From positions 551,011-615,010 of the forward strand of contig CAXMWX010000001.1 in the NCBI GenBank assembly GCA_963422205.2: DNA of 64,000 bases. The letters are read 5' to 3'. Position 1 is the first letter of the stretch. Every line of letters starts with the position of its first letter. This DNA is from Gammaproteobacteria bacterium. Its GTDB lineage: Bacteria; Pseudomonadota; Gammaproteobacteria; Eutrophobiales; Eutrophobiaceae. The notes beneath the pieces are model-generated. The model was not told where the DNA came from, did not search any database, and saw only the letters and a program-made list of their open reading frames with translations. Of this stretch, positions 24,987-35,145 are shown piece after piece. The position numbers and the translations under genes are program-made.

Positions 24987-27649
24987 TGGCATCTCCTCTA
25001 TTATCATTCTCTCGTGAAGCCTGCTGATCGGCGGCACGCAGCAGGGCTTCCCACCATGCCAGGCCCCACGGCCCCCATTGTTTTTGCAGCCGCGCAAAAC
25101 GTAATGCCACGTCACGAGCACGGCGCTGGAGCTGCGAGGGCGGGGCATCATCACAGCCTTTGGTTGCAATCACCGGTCGCCCATAGCCATGATGGGCAGC
25201 GATCAAATGCAGAACCAGTTCCTGTAACTCATTAGGCAACTGCTGCCATTTATCATCTTTCTCGGCATAAGGCAATGAGCCAAATTCATGCCGATAACCG
25301 CCAAGGATAGAATGATCCAGCGGCCCCTTGGTCTTGGCATACTTGCCATCAGATTTTGCCTTGAATCCACGTTGCCAGCGCCCGGCTCTTTTGCCTTCAT
25401 CATGCAGCCGCGCCGCGATAGCCAGGGTTTCAGCAAAATCACCAGCTAATCCCACGTCCTCGGCAATGCGGCGAGCGCACTTTTCCGCCCAACATTGATG
25501 CTCATCCAGCCGTTGTGGTCGCGTTGATATGGCGCGGCTCTCTTCGGTTGTGTCTGTTGTGATAAACAGGTATTCCAAATCCTCGCCTTCATCGGATTGT
25601 CGGGTGGCGAAGCGGTAATCGGCAGGATCGCTGCCATTGTTATCGCCCTCTGAACAGCGAATGCGAAAACCCACGTCCCATTTATCATTGTTATCGGCAG
25701 CGATGTCTTCATTATTGGCATCATCATCAAGCAGCCCGTTTTCATTCAATCCGCCCAGGCGCACATCCAGTACCAGCGTTGCACCGGTTATATTTTCTTC
25801 AATATCTTTTTTGTTATTTTCGTCGGCAAGATACTTCAACTGAAAAGACTTGCGTAAAGTGCCATCCGGCGCAAGCGCAAAGGCGACAACATTCTCTGAT
25901 TTTAATTGCGTATCCTTGTCGTTGAGTAGAGAGGCCGCCCGTTTTATCAACCATCCGCTAACTCGGTCAGTTTCTGTTTCCAGTTTTTCACTTAAATGCG
26001 GTTGTGCCGCTTCAAAGAAGCCGTCGACTTCTTTCTTCGTCACTGCCTTTACTTTTGTTCGCACTGGCAGGTATTTTCGCCAGACCACTGTGGACTGCGG
26101 CTTATCGTTTTCAAGCCAGCCGCGTAACCACGGGGTGATGACTTCAGGGCGGCCAGCATGTTGTTTCAGGGAGGTCATTGACCAGGCATCCACCAATGCT
26201 CGCGTGAGCGCTGGATACAGCGGGTGTGGCGTGGTCGCCTGCTGTAGTATGTTCTCAAGTTCCTTATTCTCTTCCGATTGCCGTTTGAGTTCTAACAAAG
26301 CGCCGGGGCTGCCATCCATCATTTTGTTTTCATTCTTGGGAAGATAGTTAAAAGGTTGCTTTAATGTTTCTATATCTTTCTTGTCTTGTTTAAACGCCAC
26401 TATGCGAATCTTAGTTTCTCTCCCGCCTTTGCGATTAACCCGTCCCAGTCGTTGCACCATACGCTCCCATGCCACCAGATCGCACACCATGTGATCTGCA
26501 TCCAGATCAACACCAACCTCACCCGCTGAGGTCGAGATAAGAAACACGGGGCGCTCAAGCGCAGGCGGCTTATCTCCGTTCAATTCAAGGCATAATTGCC
26601 CACCAGCACCCGCATAATCAGGTGGTGTGAGCGGCTCACCACCTTCAATAAACCCCAGCGCTTTCAGTCTATCCTCGGCTTTGCTGCGTTCGTGAATGCG
26701 GCGCGCACCGACAAACAATTCGGTTTTAATTTTTTCTGTCAGTTTTTTCTTTTTAGTTTTGCCTTCAATGCCTTTTTTAACCTTCTCAGCCATATCACGG
26801 CTGTGGCAATAAACAATAATGCGGCATGGCTTCTCGCCATGATCAGAAAGCAGCCCATGCCTGCTCTGCCAGTTCCTTAGCGCAGGGTTCTGTCGATGTT
26901 GATTTCGTCTCACTTTCTATCAGCCTGAGATTTTTTCTTGCTTTAAGGCGCATAGCGACAATGGGATCATCCAGATCGCCTTTTGCTTTATCCAGCTGAA
27001 AGCGCTCGCCGTCCCGCCTCTGGCCGGTTGCGGAAAGTGACAGCAACTTGAACGGCGGGACGATGTGTTGACGTTCCGCCGCAATGGGGCGGCAGCCTGC
27101 CCTGTTCTTTGCGATGGCCTCCAGCAACTTCTCAAAAGGTGGCGCCAGGTGTGACTCATCCAGCACGATCAAGGTATCGGCGCCCAGCAGGCCGGCATGG
27201 TAGGGGCGCATTTTGCGCGACACGCCATAGCCGGAAAACAGCAGGCGTGAACCAATCATGTCGATGGTGCCGACAATAATGGCAGGTGCTACCGGGTCTT
27301 CCAGCCATGCTTTGTTATCGACATATTGCCCTCTCAGGGTGCTGACCGGTAATTCGTTATTGTTTGATGTTTCCTTGATTTGCTCTGCAATGCGCGTTGC
27401 CTGATCCACCACGGCACGGCGATCCACCACATAGATCAAACGCCTTGGCAGGCGTTCGGGCAAGGCGACGCCAGCTTTGAATGCCAGATACCAAATAGCC
27501 ATGATCGAAGTCTTGCCGAGACCGGTGGGGATATCGATGACGTCCGGTAGCTTTCCCAATGAAAAATAGTCGGTATACAGCCGGGTTTGCCATTTGAATG
27601 GCTCATGCGTTGTCAGTTTTTTAAATGCGTCTTTAAATTCAAACGTCAT
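24979..27649 (-). pseudogene. cas3: Second type I-G cas3 (helicase plus C-terminal HD), frameshifted near 26855
   Basis: ORF 26843-27649 has PFKWQ, IPTGLGKT, DESH, SAT. ORF 24979-26913 has TSAGEVGVDLD, QRLGRVNR, HDEGK, RHE, HHG. One extra base at TGG-G-CTG separates the two frames. Confidence 0.9.
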
Positions 27650-28037
27650 GTTCTTCCTCGTGACAATGAAAGCGTTTTACCGCATCAGATTTTCAGCAGC
27701 GCAATCTGCACACCTGGCATACGATTTTCTCTGGCTGATTTGACGAAATCTATACTATCTGCTTAATCAATGCGTCTGTAAGCGTGAAATCATACGTGGC
27801 CGTGAGTTATCAATAGGGTATCAGCTTGTCGTGTGATCACTGCCATGCTTGCACTATACCCGCTCGATATGTTGTTGGTAAGATGGACTGTCGTGCTGTG
27901 CATATCTTGCGGTGGCTTGCATGGTTGCCTTGCCGAGGTGCTGGCCGCCGGGGTGTTGGTGGCGGTGTATCATCGTTGGCATGGCGTCCTGCGGTATTTG
28001 CGGTATACTGAAAAATCCGCCTACATCCGATCTCGAC

Positions 28038-28080
28038 AAAGATCGCATAAAGATCGCATAAAGATCGCATAAAGATCACA
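28038..28080. repeat. 11-bp tandem repeat (AAAGATCGCAT) x ~3.9
   Basis: Three perfect copies plus AAAGATCACA in the divergent intergenic region. Confidence 0.95.
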
Positions 28081-28087
28081 GGGCTGG

Positions 28088-29563
28088 GTGGCAGAGATGC
28101 AGATGCGACGGCGTGCAGAGCCGTTTACGTTGGTTAAAGTCCAACCCCAGCCTCCATTACAGATGGGCACTTGGCCCGATGGGACTATCGCTATCACAAC
28201 GCAAGCAAGACAACGCAGCCGCCGAATTACCTCCGATCCGATCGGCCCGCTGCTGGTAAAATTAACCATCCCGATGCTCTTCGGGATCGTCTCGATGATG
28301 TTGCTTGGCATAGTCGACACTTGGTTTATCAGCCTGCTGGGTACCCTGGAGCTGGCGGCGATTGGATTTATTATTCCGGTCTATATGATCCTGATGAATC
28401 TTGCGCTTGGTTTGGGTATGGGGATCAGCTCAATCAGCTCACGCCTGATGGGGGAGGACCGGCATGAGGACGCCGCGCACTATATCAGCAATGCGATGGT
28501 GCTGGTCATGGTGTTCTCGCTGGCGGTCGCCACGCTGCTGTATTTTCTGGTGGATGCCGTGTTCGTGGCGATGGGCGCTGATGCCTCGGTCATGCCGTTT
28601 ATCCGCAGCTACATGTACGCCCTGCTGCCGGGCGTGCCGCTGCTGATGATCACCATGACCAGCGGCAACACCTTCCGGGCCATCGGCGCCATGAAGACCT
28701 CAGCGTTCATCTCCGCCACTTTATCACTATTAAATCTGTTGCTTGATCCAATACTGATATTCGGTTTCGGCCCCATCCCGGCGCTGGGGATGCAGGGTGC
28801 TGCCCTGGCGAGCGTGATCGCCGCCAGTTGTACGGTGGTCATCGCCTTGTATATCTTGAGTAAGCGCGAGCGGTTGTTACGGCTGACCACGCCGGACCTG
28901 GCAGAAGTCAAACAGCATTGGCATGAGTTGCTGAAGATCGCCTTGCCGGCGATGGGGGCAAACAGCATGACGCCAGTGGCAGCGGCGATCATGACGGCCA
29001 TGATGGCACAATACGGCCCGGAGGCGGTGGCTGGATTTGGCGTAGGGGCAAGAATTGAATCGCTGGCCTTGCTGGTGGTATTCGCCCTGTCGGCCACCCT
29101 GCCCATGTTTATCGGCCAGAACATCGGCGCCGGCCGCCATGACCGGGCCTATATTGCCTTGTCATCCAGTTTGAAGTTTACCGTGGCGGTGCAGCTGGTG
29201 ATCTATGTCGTGTTGTTGGCCTCATCATCGCCCGTCAGCGCCGCGTTCAGCGAGGATGAAGCGGTGGCAGTCGTGATCCAGCGTTATTTATACATCTTGC
29301 CCGTCAGTTATTGCGCTCACGGCGTGGTCACTCTGGTCACGGTGTCGTTGAATGTGTTGTACCGGCCGACACTGGCCTTAATCACCTCCATGATCCGATT
29401 GCTGCTGCTGTATCTGCCGCTGGCCTGGCTGGGCGCACAGCTTTGGCAGTACGATGGGTTGTTTCTGGGGGCCGCGCTGGGCAATTTTATTGCCGCTTAT
29501 ATCGCCTGGTCTATTTTACGAGCGGTGTGCGATGAGCAAAAAATCGGCCCGGCCATGCTTTAA
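28088..29563 (+). CDS. MATE family efflux transporter (true start probably further downstream)
   Basis: About 12 hydrophobic segments; IVDTWFISLLG, LNLLLDPILIFG, GMQGAALAS, FIGQNIGAG. Confidence 0.92.
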   Translation: MAEMQMRRRAEPFTLVKVQPQPPLQMGTWPDGTIAITTQARQRSRRITSDPIGPLLVKLTIPMLFGIVSMMLLGIVDTWFISLLGTLELAAIGFIIPVYMILMNLALGLGMGISSISSRLMGEDRHEDAAHYISNAMVLVMVFSLAVATLLYFLVDAVFVAMGADASVMPFIRSYMYALLPGVPLLMITMTSGNTFRAIGAMKTSAFISATLSLLNLLLDPILIFGFGPIPALGMQGAALASVIAASCTVVIALYILSKRERLLRLTTPDLAEVKQHWHELLKIALPAMGANSMTPVAAAIMTAMMAQYGPEAVAGFGVGARIESLALLVVFALSATLPMFIGQNIGAGRHDRAYIALSSSLKFTVAVQLVIYVVLLASSSPVSAAFSEDEAVAVVIQRYLYILPVSYCAHGVVTLVTVSLNVLYRPTLALITSMIRLLLLYLPLAWLGAQLWQYDGLFLGAALGNFIAAYIAWSILRAVCDEQKIGPAML

Positions 29564-29668
29564 ATGATGGCCTGAGTAATGACCCAAGTGATGACTTGGG
29601 CTGTCACTGTTTGCCTGCTTTGGCTAGGATATACCGGTAGAAAAACCCAATCTGAAAAGGGGGAGATC

Positions 29669-30322
29669 ATGAGCAATCTTTATGGTGATACACACCGCAA
29701 ATTACAGGATGCGTTTGATACCCGTCGGCTGGCCGATGTGGTTGAAAATACCATTGTCAAGACGGCAGTCGATGCTGACGATAAGGCTTTTATTGAAAGC
29801 CGGGATATGTTTTTTCTCGCCACTGTTGATCATCAGGGTCGGCCTACGGTGTCTTATAAAGGCGGCGCCCCGGGGTTTATCCAGTGTCTTGATGCCAGCA
29901 CCGTGATCTTCCCCAGTTACGATGGCAACGGCATGTACCTGTCTATGGGCAACATAAAACACCACGGCAGCATCGGCCTGTTGTTTATCGATTTTGAAAA
30001 CCCGCATCGGTTGCGCTTGCAGGGCGAGGCTGTGTTGAGTCAGGATGCTGAGTTGATGGCGCGCTATACCGATGCGGATCTGATCGTGAAGATAACCGTC
30101 GGCCAGATTTTCAGGAATTGTCCCCGCTACATACATAAATACAAGAAAGTCGATCCTTCCCGGTTTGTCCCGCGGGCGGACTGTGAGGCGCCGCTGCCGG
30201 ATTGGAAACGGCTGGATAAACTACAGGCCGTGCTGCCAGCAAGAGATCAAGGCAAGGCGGCGAAGACCGGCGGTACGATCACGTTTGAAGAACTGGCGGC
30301 GATCGAACAGCGTGATGATTAA
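29669..30322 (+). CDS. Pyridoxamine 5'-phosphate oxidase-like FMN-binding protein
   Basis: FFLATVD..GRPTVSYKGG.PGF, YDGNGM, RLRLQG, NCPRYIH; GGAG RBS before ATG 29669. Confidence 0.88.
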   Translation: MSNLYGDTHRKLQDAFDTRRLADVVENTIVKTAVDADDKAFIESRDMFFLATVDHQGRPTVSYKGGAPGFIQCLDASTVIFPSYDGNGMYLSMGNIKHHGSIGLLFIDFENPHRLRLQGEAVLSQDAELMARYTDADLIVKITVGQIFRNCPRYIHKYKKVDPSRFVPRADCEAPLPDWKRLDKLQAVLPARDQGKAAKTGGTITFEELAAIEQRDD

Positions 30323-30389
30323 GGCCAACATCGCTTCACCCGCCAGCAGCGAAATACAACCCGCCTGAACCCCTTACCTGCCATTGGTT

Positions 30390-31214
30390 ATGTCTGACAG
30401 AGGGCTGTTACTCATCGGCTACGGTTTCCTGGGCAGGTGTTTTGTACAACAGTATGCCCATGAGTTTGCACATGTCTATCTGACATCGCGCTCGGCGCAG
30501 AAACTGCTCGCCGTATCAGGTAAGGGGATGACCGGATTGCGCCTGGATATTAATGCGGCAGAGAGTTGGTCATCGTTATCAGCGCTCATGGACAGGCCGC
30601 TGGCGGTCTGCTGTTTCCTCACCCCGGGCCAGTTGGATGTTGAACAGTTTGCCGGTTTTGTTGCGTATCTTAACAATCATACCATCTGCCGGGCGGTGTT
30701 GAGCTCTTCGACGGTGGTTTATGGGGCGCAAACAGGCGAGGTCAATTCTGACTCTGCGCTGTCGCTTGACAGCGGGCGGGCTGAAAGACAACACCGGCTG
30801 GAACAACACTGGTGTGCTGGCCTGCAAAATGCCGCCATCATCCGGCTGGCCGGCCTGTACGGGCCGGGACGTATTATCGGTCAACGCTCACTGGCCGACC
30901 AGCGCCTATTGCCGGGCCGGGCAGATGACTGGCTGAATTTGATCCATGTGCGTGATGCCGCCGCCTTGATCAAGGCGATGCTGGACAGCGATACGCCCGG
31001 GCCTGAGCTGGGTTGTGATGACAGTCCGGTAGAACGCGGTCAGTATTATACCGAGCTTGCGGCTTGGCTTGGCTTGCCCGGGCCGGTGTTCGCTGGCGAT
31101 GCCGCCGCCCGTTATCGCCGTTGCAGCAATGCGCTGACCAGGGCACGCCTGGATTGGCAGCCGGTATATCCTTCTTATCGTGAGTTTTTGACAGGGCTAC
31201 AGGCTGAGTCGTAA
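30390..31214 (+). CDS. NAD-dependent epimerase/dehydratase (atypical SDR, YeeZ-like)
   Basis: IGYGFLG, SSTVVYG, RLAGLYGPGR, NLIHVRD, WQPVYPSYRE. Confidence 0.85.
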   Translation: MSDRGLLLIGYGFLGRCFVQQYAHEFAHVYLTSRSAQKLLAVSGKGMTGLRLDINAAESWSSLSALMDRPLAVCCFLTPGQLDVEQFAGFVAYLNNHTICRAVLSSSTVVYGAQTGEVNSDSALSLDSGRAERQHRLEQHWCAGLQNAAIIRLAGLYGPGRIIGQRSLADQRLLPGRADDWLNLIHVRDAAALIKAMLDSDTPGPELGCDDSPVERGQYYTELAAWLGLPGPVFAGDAAARYRRCSNALTRARLDWQPVYPSYREFLTGLQAES

Positions 31215-31313
31215 CAAGCGCGCTCATATCCCCCGACATTGACTGCGGATTCAGGCTATTTGCAGTACACACTGGCAATTTTTGCTTGATATATTCACAA
31301 CATGGCATTAACG

Positions 31314-31504
31314 TTATAGATGCTACCAAGCTAATCACGGGTGACCTTCAAGTCGGGTCGCCTATGAATACAATACTCTTCCCTGGGGAATAAATAGGAA
31401 CCTGCTTTTACTCGTGGTTGTTTGGTAGCCGTCCCGACGCTCACCCGTCGCAGATGGCTGGTGTGCCTGGGATGCGATCAACCAGTAACCACAGGAGCGC
31501 TCAC
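31314..31504 (+). ncRNA. Structured non-coding leader resembling an IS110-family left end (bridge/seekRNA-like)
   Basis: Visible stems CGGGT/ACCTG, GGGTGACCT/GGGTCGCCT, GTGGTT/AACCAC, TGGT/ACCA, GTCCC/GGGAT, AGCCGTC/GATGGCT; ends in an AGGAG RBS. The IS110 resemblance is from recalled motif layout and is unverified. Confidence 0.45.
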
Positions 31505-33088
31505 ATGCAGCAAGATAACGACAAACAGCAACGGGAAAAACTGAATGAGGCCGCCGATTCCTTATTTGATGGCCTGAAAAACAGCGAGATGCTTCACAAG
31601 GCCAGTGAATGGCTGCATCAAAACAAGGCGAAGATCGATAGCCTGCTGGATTATCCCATACTGAGAGACTATGTCTTTGAACCGATCAAAGGCGTTTTCA
31701 ATATTCCCGATCAGGATGACAAGCATAAAGCACGCGTGATCATTACCCAGGTTGCCCTGGTCAATGCCGTCATCGCCGGCCTGCCCGGCTCGCTTGGAGT
31801 CGGCGTGTATATCTGCATTGCGCTGGAGTTGTGGATGGCCTATGCGCTCTCTCAGGCGGTGGGGCTGACCATGAGCCGGGATGAGGTGATTAAAACACTC
31901 TCTGCCTGGGCGGTCGGCGCCGGTGCTATTCTGTTATTATTCAAGCAGGGCCTTAACCTGGTCTTCCCGTTCATTACCGCCCTGATGCCTTTTGCCGGGC
32001 CGGGCACGGCTCTTACTCAACTCGTTGTCACCAACATGTTTGGTGTCCTGCTCTGGATCATGTTTGAAGAGATGAAGACCAACAGAAACTTCAGGTTTCC
32101 CTTGACCTCCTCAAAACGGCTTGCTGATGAAACCACGTATCTGCTCCAACACCAATGGAAGTCAGGGGCGCCGTTGCTGAAACCGAAAAACTGGAAAGAG
32201 ATGGGGATGCGCCTGAAAAGCTGGCTCACCGGGGACATCGCCACAGATATGCCGAGGCTGCGCGGCGAACTGGTCGCTACTGTTGCCCTGGCCTGGCTGC
32301 TTGCAGGTCAGCATGACAAGCTCACGGGCGCATTGGGCGAGGAGTTTATCGGTGCTATTAAAGATCGCTTTCCTGATCTGGCGAATGCGGATATTGGCGA
32401 GATTGCGGCCGCAATGGGTGAGTATGACGCTGAACAAATCCCCGGCCTTGTCAATCTGATTAAGGGCAAGCTCTTTGAACGGCTGGTGGCCCGGCATGAA
32501 AATGCGGATGATGATCAATGGCAGGCCATGTTGCACGATGATGAATTTTATCCTGGCTCGGATCTGACGCTGACCCATGATAACGGCGATATGATGGAAG
32601 TTTCACTAAAAGCATCCGATAACAAGGCGTATCTGGAGAAGGCACTGCTTGACTACCCGCAATACCCGATCATCGCCACCGATGAGGTGGTCGCATTGAT
32701 GAGCGATAATGATCTCATCTGGGCATCCGGTATCACCAATGAAGAATTAACCCGGGTGACAGAACAGAACCTTGAACATCTGATGCAGGGTTTGAACACG
32801 ATTGACGCCATGCAGATCGCATCAGCGGCGACACTTACGCAAGCGGCGATGTCGTTATGGCCGTTTACTGTCGCTTATATGCGAGGCAAGATCAACAAGC
32901 AGCAGCTTGGCGATGTATGTCGCCATGTTTTCCCGGAGATAGGCGAAACGCTGGCCGCCAGACTGGTCTTTGCCGCCGTGCTTGGCCCGGTCTATGCCTG
33001 GTGGTTACTCGCTAAAGGTGTATTGGCCATGACCAAAGGAGAGACCGCAAACAGGAATGCCGCTGTCAAAAGACTGGTGATGCGATAA
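31505..33088 (+). CDS. Hypothetical membrane protein with a putative PD-(D/E)XK nuclease-like C-terminal domain
   Basis: Several N-terminal hydrophobic helices; IKGKLFE...YPGSDL...EVSLKAS motif spacing; hydrophobic C-terminal helices; AGGAG RBS before ATG 31505. Confidence 0.6.
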   Translation: MQQDNDKQQREKLNEAADSLFDGLKNSEMLHKASEWLHQNKAKIDSLLDYPILRDYVFEPIKGVFNIPDQDDKHKARVIITQVALVNAVIAGLPGSLGVGVYICIALELWMAYALSQAVGLTMSRDEVIKTLSAWAVGAGAILLLFKQGLNLVFPFITALMPFAGPGTALTQLVVTNMFGVLLWIMFEEMKTNRNFRFPLTSSKRLADETTYLLQHQWKSGAPLLKPKNWKEMGMRLKSWLTGDIATDMPRLRGELVATVALAWLLAGQHDKLTGALGEEFIGAIKDRFPDLANADIGEIAAAMGEYDAEQIPGLVNLIKGKLFERLVARHENADDDQWQAMLHDDEFYPGSDLTLTHDNGDMMEVSLKASDNKAYLEKALLDYPQYPIIATDEVVALMSDNDLIWASGITNEELTRVTEQNLEHLMQGLNTIDAMQIASAATLTQAAMSLWPFTVAYMRGKINKQQLGDVCRHVFPEIGETLAARLVFAAVLGPVYAWWLLAKGVLAMTKGETANRNAAVKRLVMR

Positions 33089-33138
33089 GCACCACACGGG
33101 TTGATACGCCTTGTCAGGCGGCGTCTGTGTGGTTGTTT

Positions 33139-35145
33139 TCATGGCCGGGATTCATGACGGCGTAATGTTTGCCGTATGTGCTGGCAGACGGCCTCCAACC
33201 GTTGCTTCAGCGCCTTGCGATCAGCGCTCGGATCGAAGCGGTACTGATAGTGCAGGGCGAGTGCGCTCTGCATATCCACGTCGGCCTGTGCTGCCGGGTA
33301 GCGCTTGAACCAGGCGAGCAGCGTCTCGCCCGGGCGCTGTTCGATTCCTTTCTGCCGGATAATATCGGCAAGCTGGTAGAGGGGGGAGTCGGCACCAAAG
33401 ATTTCAATCGGGCCTGTTGTTTTATCGCTGTCATGCCTGCCGTTGCGTTTTTTACCGTGCAGGCGCCAGGCCAGATACAAGAGCAAGGGGATGATCAATA
33501 ATAACAGCCAGGTTCGGTTCTCTTCTTTCAAGGCATCTTTCGCCTGCCACAGGGCATAACGGTAGCTTACCCATGACCAGACATCCCATAGCGGCTCCAT
33601 GATCGAGGCATTCTCTGCCTCCAGCGCATCCCAAATCCCCGGCGTGGTATCAATAAGCTGCCAGTCATGATTAGTGTACGCCAGCACCCAGGCATGTGCA
33701 TCTCTTGCCCGGGCCACGTACTGCCCTTCCCAGGGGCTGTACTCATCCACCGCATAACCCACGGCATAGCGGGCCGGTATGCCGGCAGCACGAAGCAGCA
33801 ACACAGTCGCCGTGGCGAAGTATTCGCAATGGCCTTTGCGGTGCTCATGCAGGAATTGTTGCAGGAAGTCTTGCTGGGGATGCCAGTATGTCTGCTCCAG
33901 TGTGTAGCTGAAATGGCTTGCAAACCAGTCTTCAACGATGCCGATTTTCTGCTCATCGGGCAGGTCTTGCAGCCCCAGCTCATCAGCCAGGCCGTAGAAT
34001 AATTCCCGGTAATTTTTTGGCATGTACAGATCGGTGCTATCATCTGGCGGGGCATCAAAGATCGTCGCATCGACATAATCCACGCTGTATTTTACCCAGC
34101 CATCATAGATATCCATCTTGACGGTGTTCATTGCATTACGTTGTACCTCGATTGCCGGGACCTGATATAGCCTCTGGCTGCCATGAGGCAGTGGTATCAC
34201 TTCAGCTTCCCGCAGAAAGTAGCTGGCAATCGTCACCTTGCCGGTCGGATTGCTCTGGTTTAATTCCCACACTTCGGTTTGCCCGGTCTCGGCCACCGGT
34301 TCAAAACGGGTGTCGCTGTTACTCCACAAGCCCAGGCCATAAAGATTATATGTCGCCTCACGCAGGTACAGCCGGCGGGTTAATCGGGTGGGTGTGGCAG
34401 CGCGCAGCACGATGCGATCAGAGAGCTTGAACCGGCCGATGGAGCCGATGGCGGTGGAGGTGCGATCGGGATCGCGATAACGCCAGACAAACTGTTCAAA
34501 CAACTGCATCATGTTCGCACGGAAGACATCCTGCAGCGCCAGCATACCGGCCTGGCCGGCATAGCTTAACGAGATAGCAAGGCAAAACATCGCCAGCCAT
34601 AGGCCTACAGGGTAGCGCCGGGGGCGGAAGGATAGCAGCATAGCGGCGATAAGCAGGCACAGGCCGATAAAAAATTCAGCCCCGGTGTGCTGGCCGGCAC
34701 TGGCGGCAAGCAGGCACAGCAGAAAATACGGATAGGTCAGATCGATCGATGGAATCGCCTCGTTCGGGTTGGCACGCTCGATTTTTCGCATACTCATGAA
34801 CAGGGTACTGAGCTTGATTTTTCCCCGCTCGCTGTATACCTGCAATAACACCAGCAGGTACAACACATAGGGGTTGACAGCTAGAATAGTAAAAATACCC
34901 TTTGAGCCATCTTCGTTAAAGATGTAGATAACGGAGATGAAAAAAATGATGGCGGTGACATCTGACAGGTGATTGAATTCCTTATCGCTTATCGGAAAAC
35001 GCCGCCTGATAACGTATCGTGCCTCCAGCAGGACGGCCATGACGATGGCGCTGATGATGAGATTATTCTGCCAGCCCCAGAACAGCAGGGCGCTGCCGAT
35101 AAGTAGTGGCGGTGTGCCGGGGATATGGACAGCGGCGTGTTTCAT
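33139..35145 (-). CDS. Membrane-anchored transglutaminase-like protein (TgpA-like)
   Basis: N-terminal TM helices; Cys-His-Asp motifs GHCEYFATA, GIPARYAVGY, AHAWV, DTTP. Confidence 0.9.
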   Translation of the reverse strand: MKHAAVHIPGTPPLLIGSALLFWGWQNNLIISAIVMAVLLEARYVIRRRFPISDKEFNHLSDVTAIIFFISVIYIFNEDGSKGIFTILAVNPYVLYLLVLLQVYSERGKIKLSTLFMSMRKIERANPNEAIPSIDLTYPYFLLCLLAASAGQHTGAEFFIGLCLLIAAMLLSFRPRRYPVGLWLAMFCLAISLSYAGQAGMLALQDVFRANMMQLFEQFVWRYRDPDRTSTAIGSIGRFKLSDRIVLRAATPTRLTRRLYLREATYNLYGLGLWSNSDTRFEPVAETGQTEVWELNQSNPTGKVTIASYFLREAEVIPLPHGSQRLYQVPAIEVQRNAMNTVKMDIYDGWVKYSVDYVDATIFDAPPDDSTDLYMPKNYRELFYGLADELGLQDLPDEQKIGIVEDWFASHFSYTLEQTYWHPQQDFLQQFLHEHRKGHCEYFATATVLLLRAAGIPARYAVGYAVDEYSPWEGQYVARARDAHAWVLAYTNHDWQLIDTTPGIWDALEAENASIMEPLWDVWSWVSYRYALWQAKDALKEENRTWLLLLIIPLLLYLAWRLHGKKRNGRHDSDKTTGPIEIFGADSPLYQLADIIRQKGIEQRPGETLLAWFKRYPAAQADVDMQSALALHYQYRFDPSADRKALKQRLEAVCQHIRQTLRRHESRP

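Noticed and set aside
24987-25169. N-terminal extension of the 368-aa ORF
   Set aside because: It overlaps the cas3 HD coding region in another frame; the real start is MAEH at 24986.
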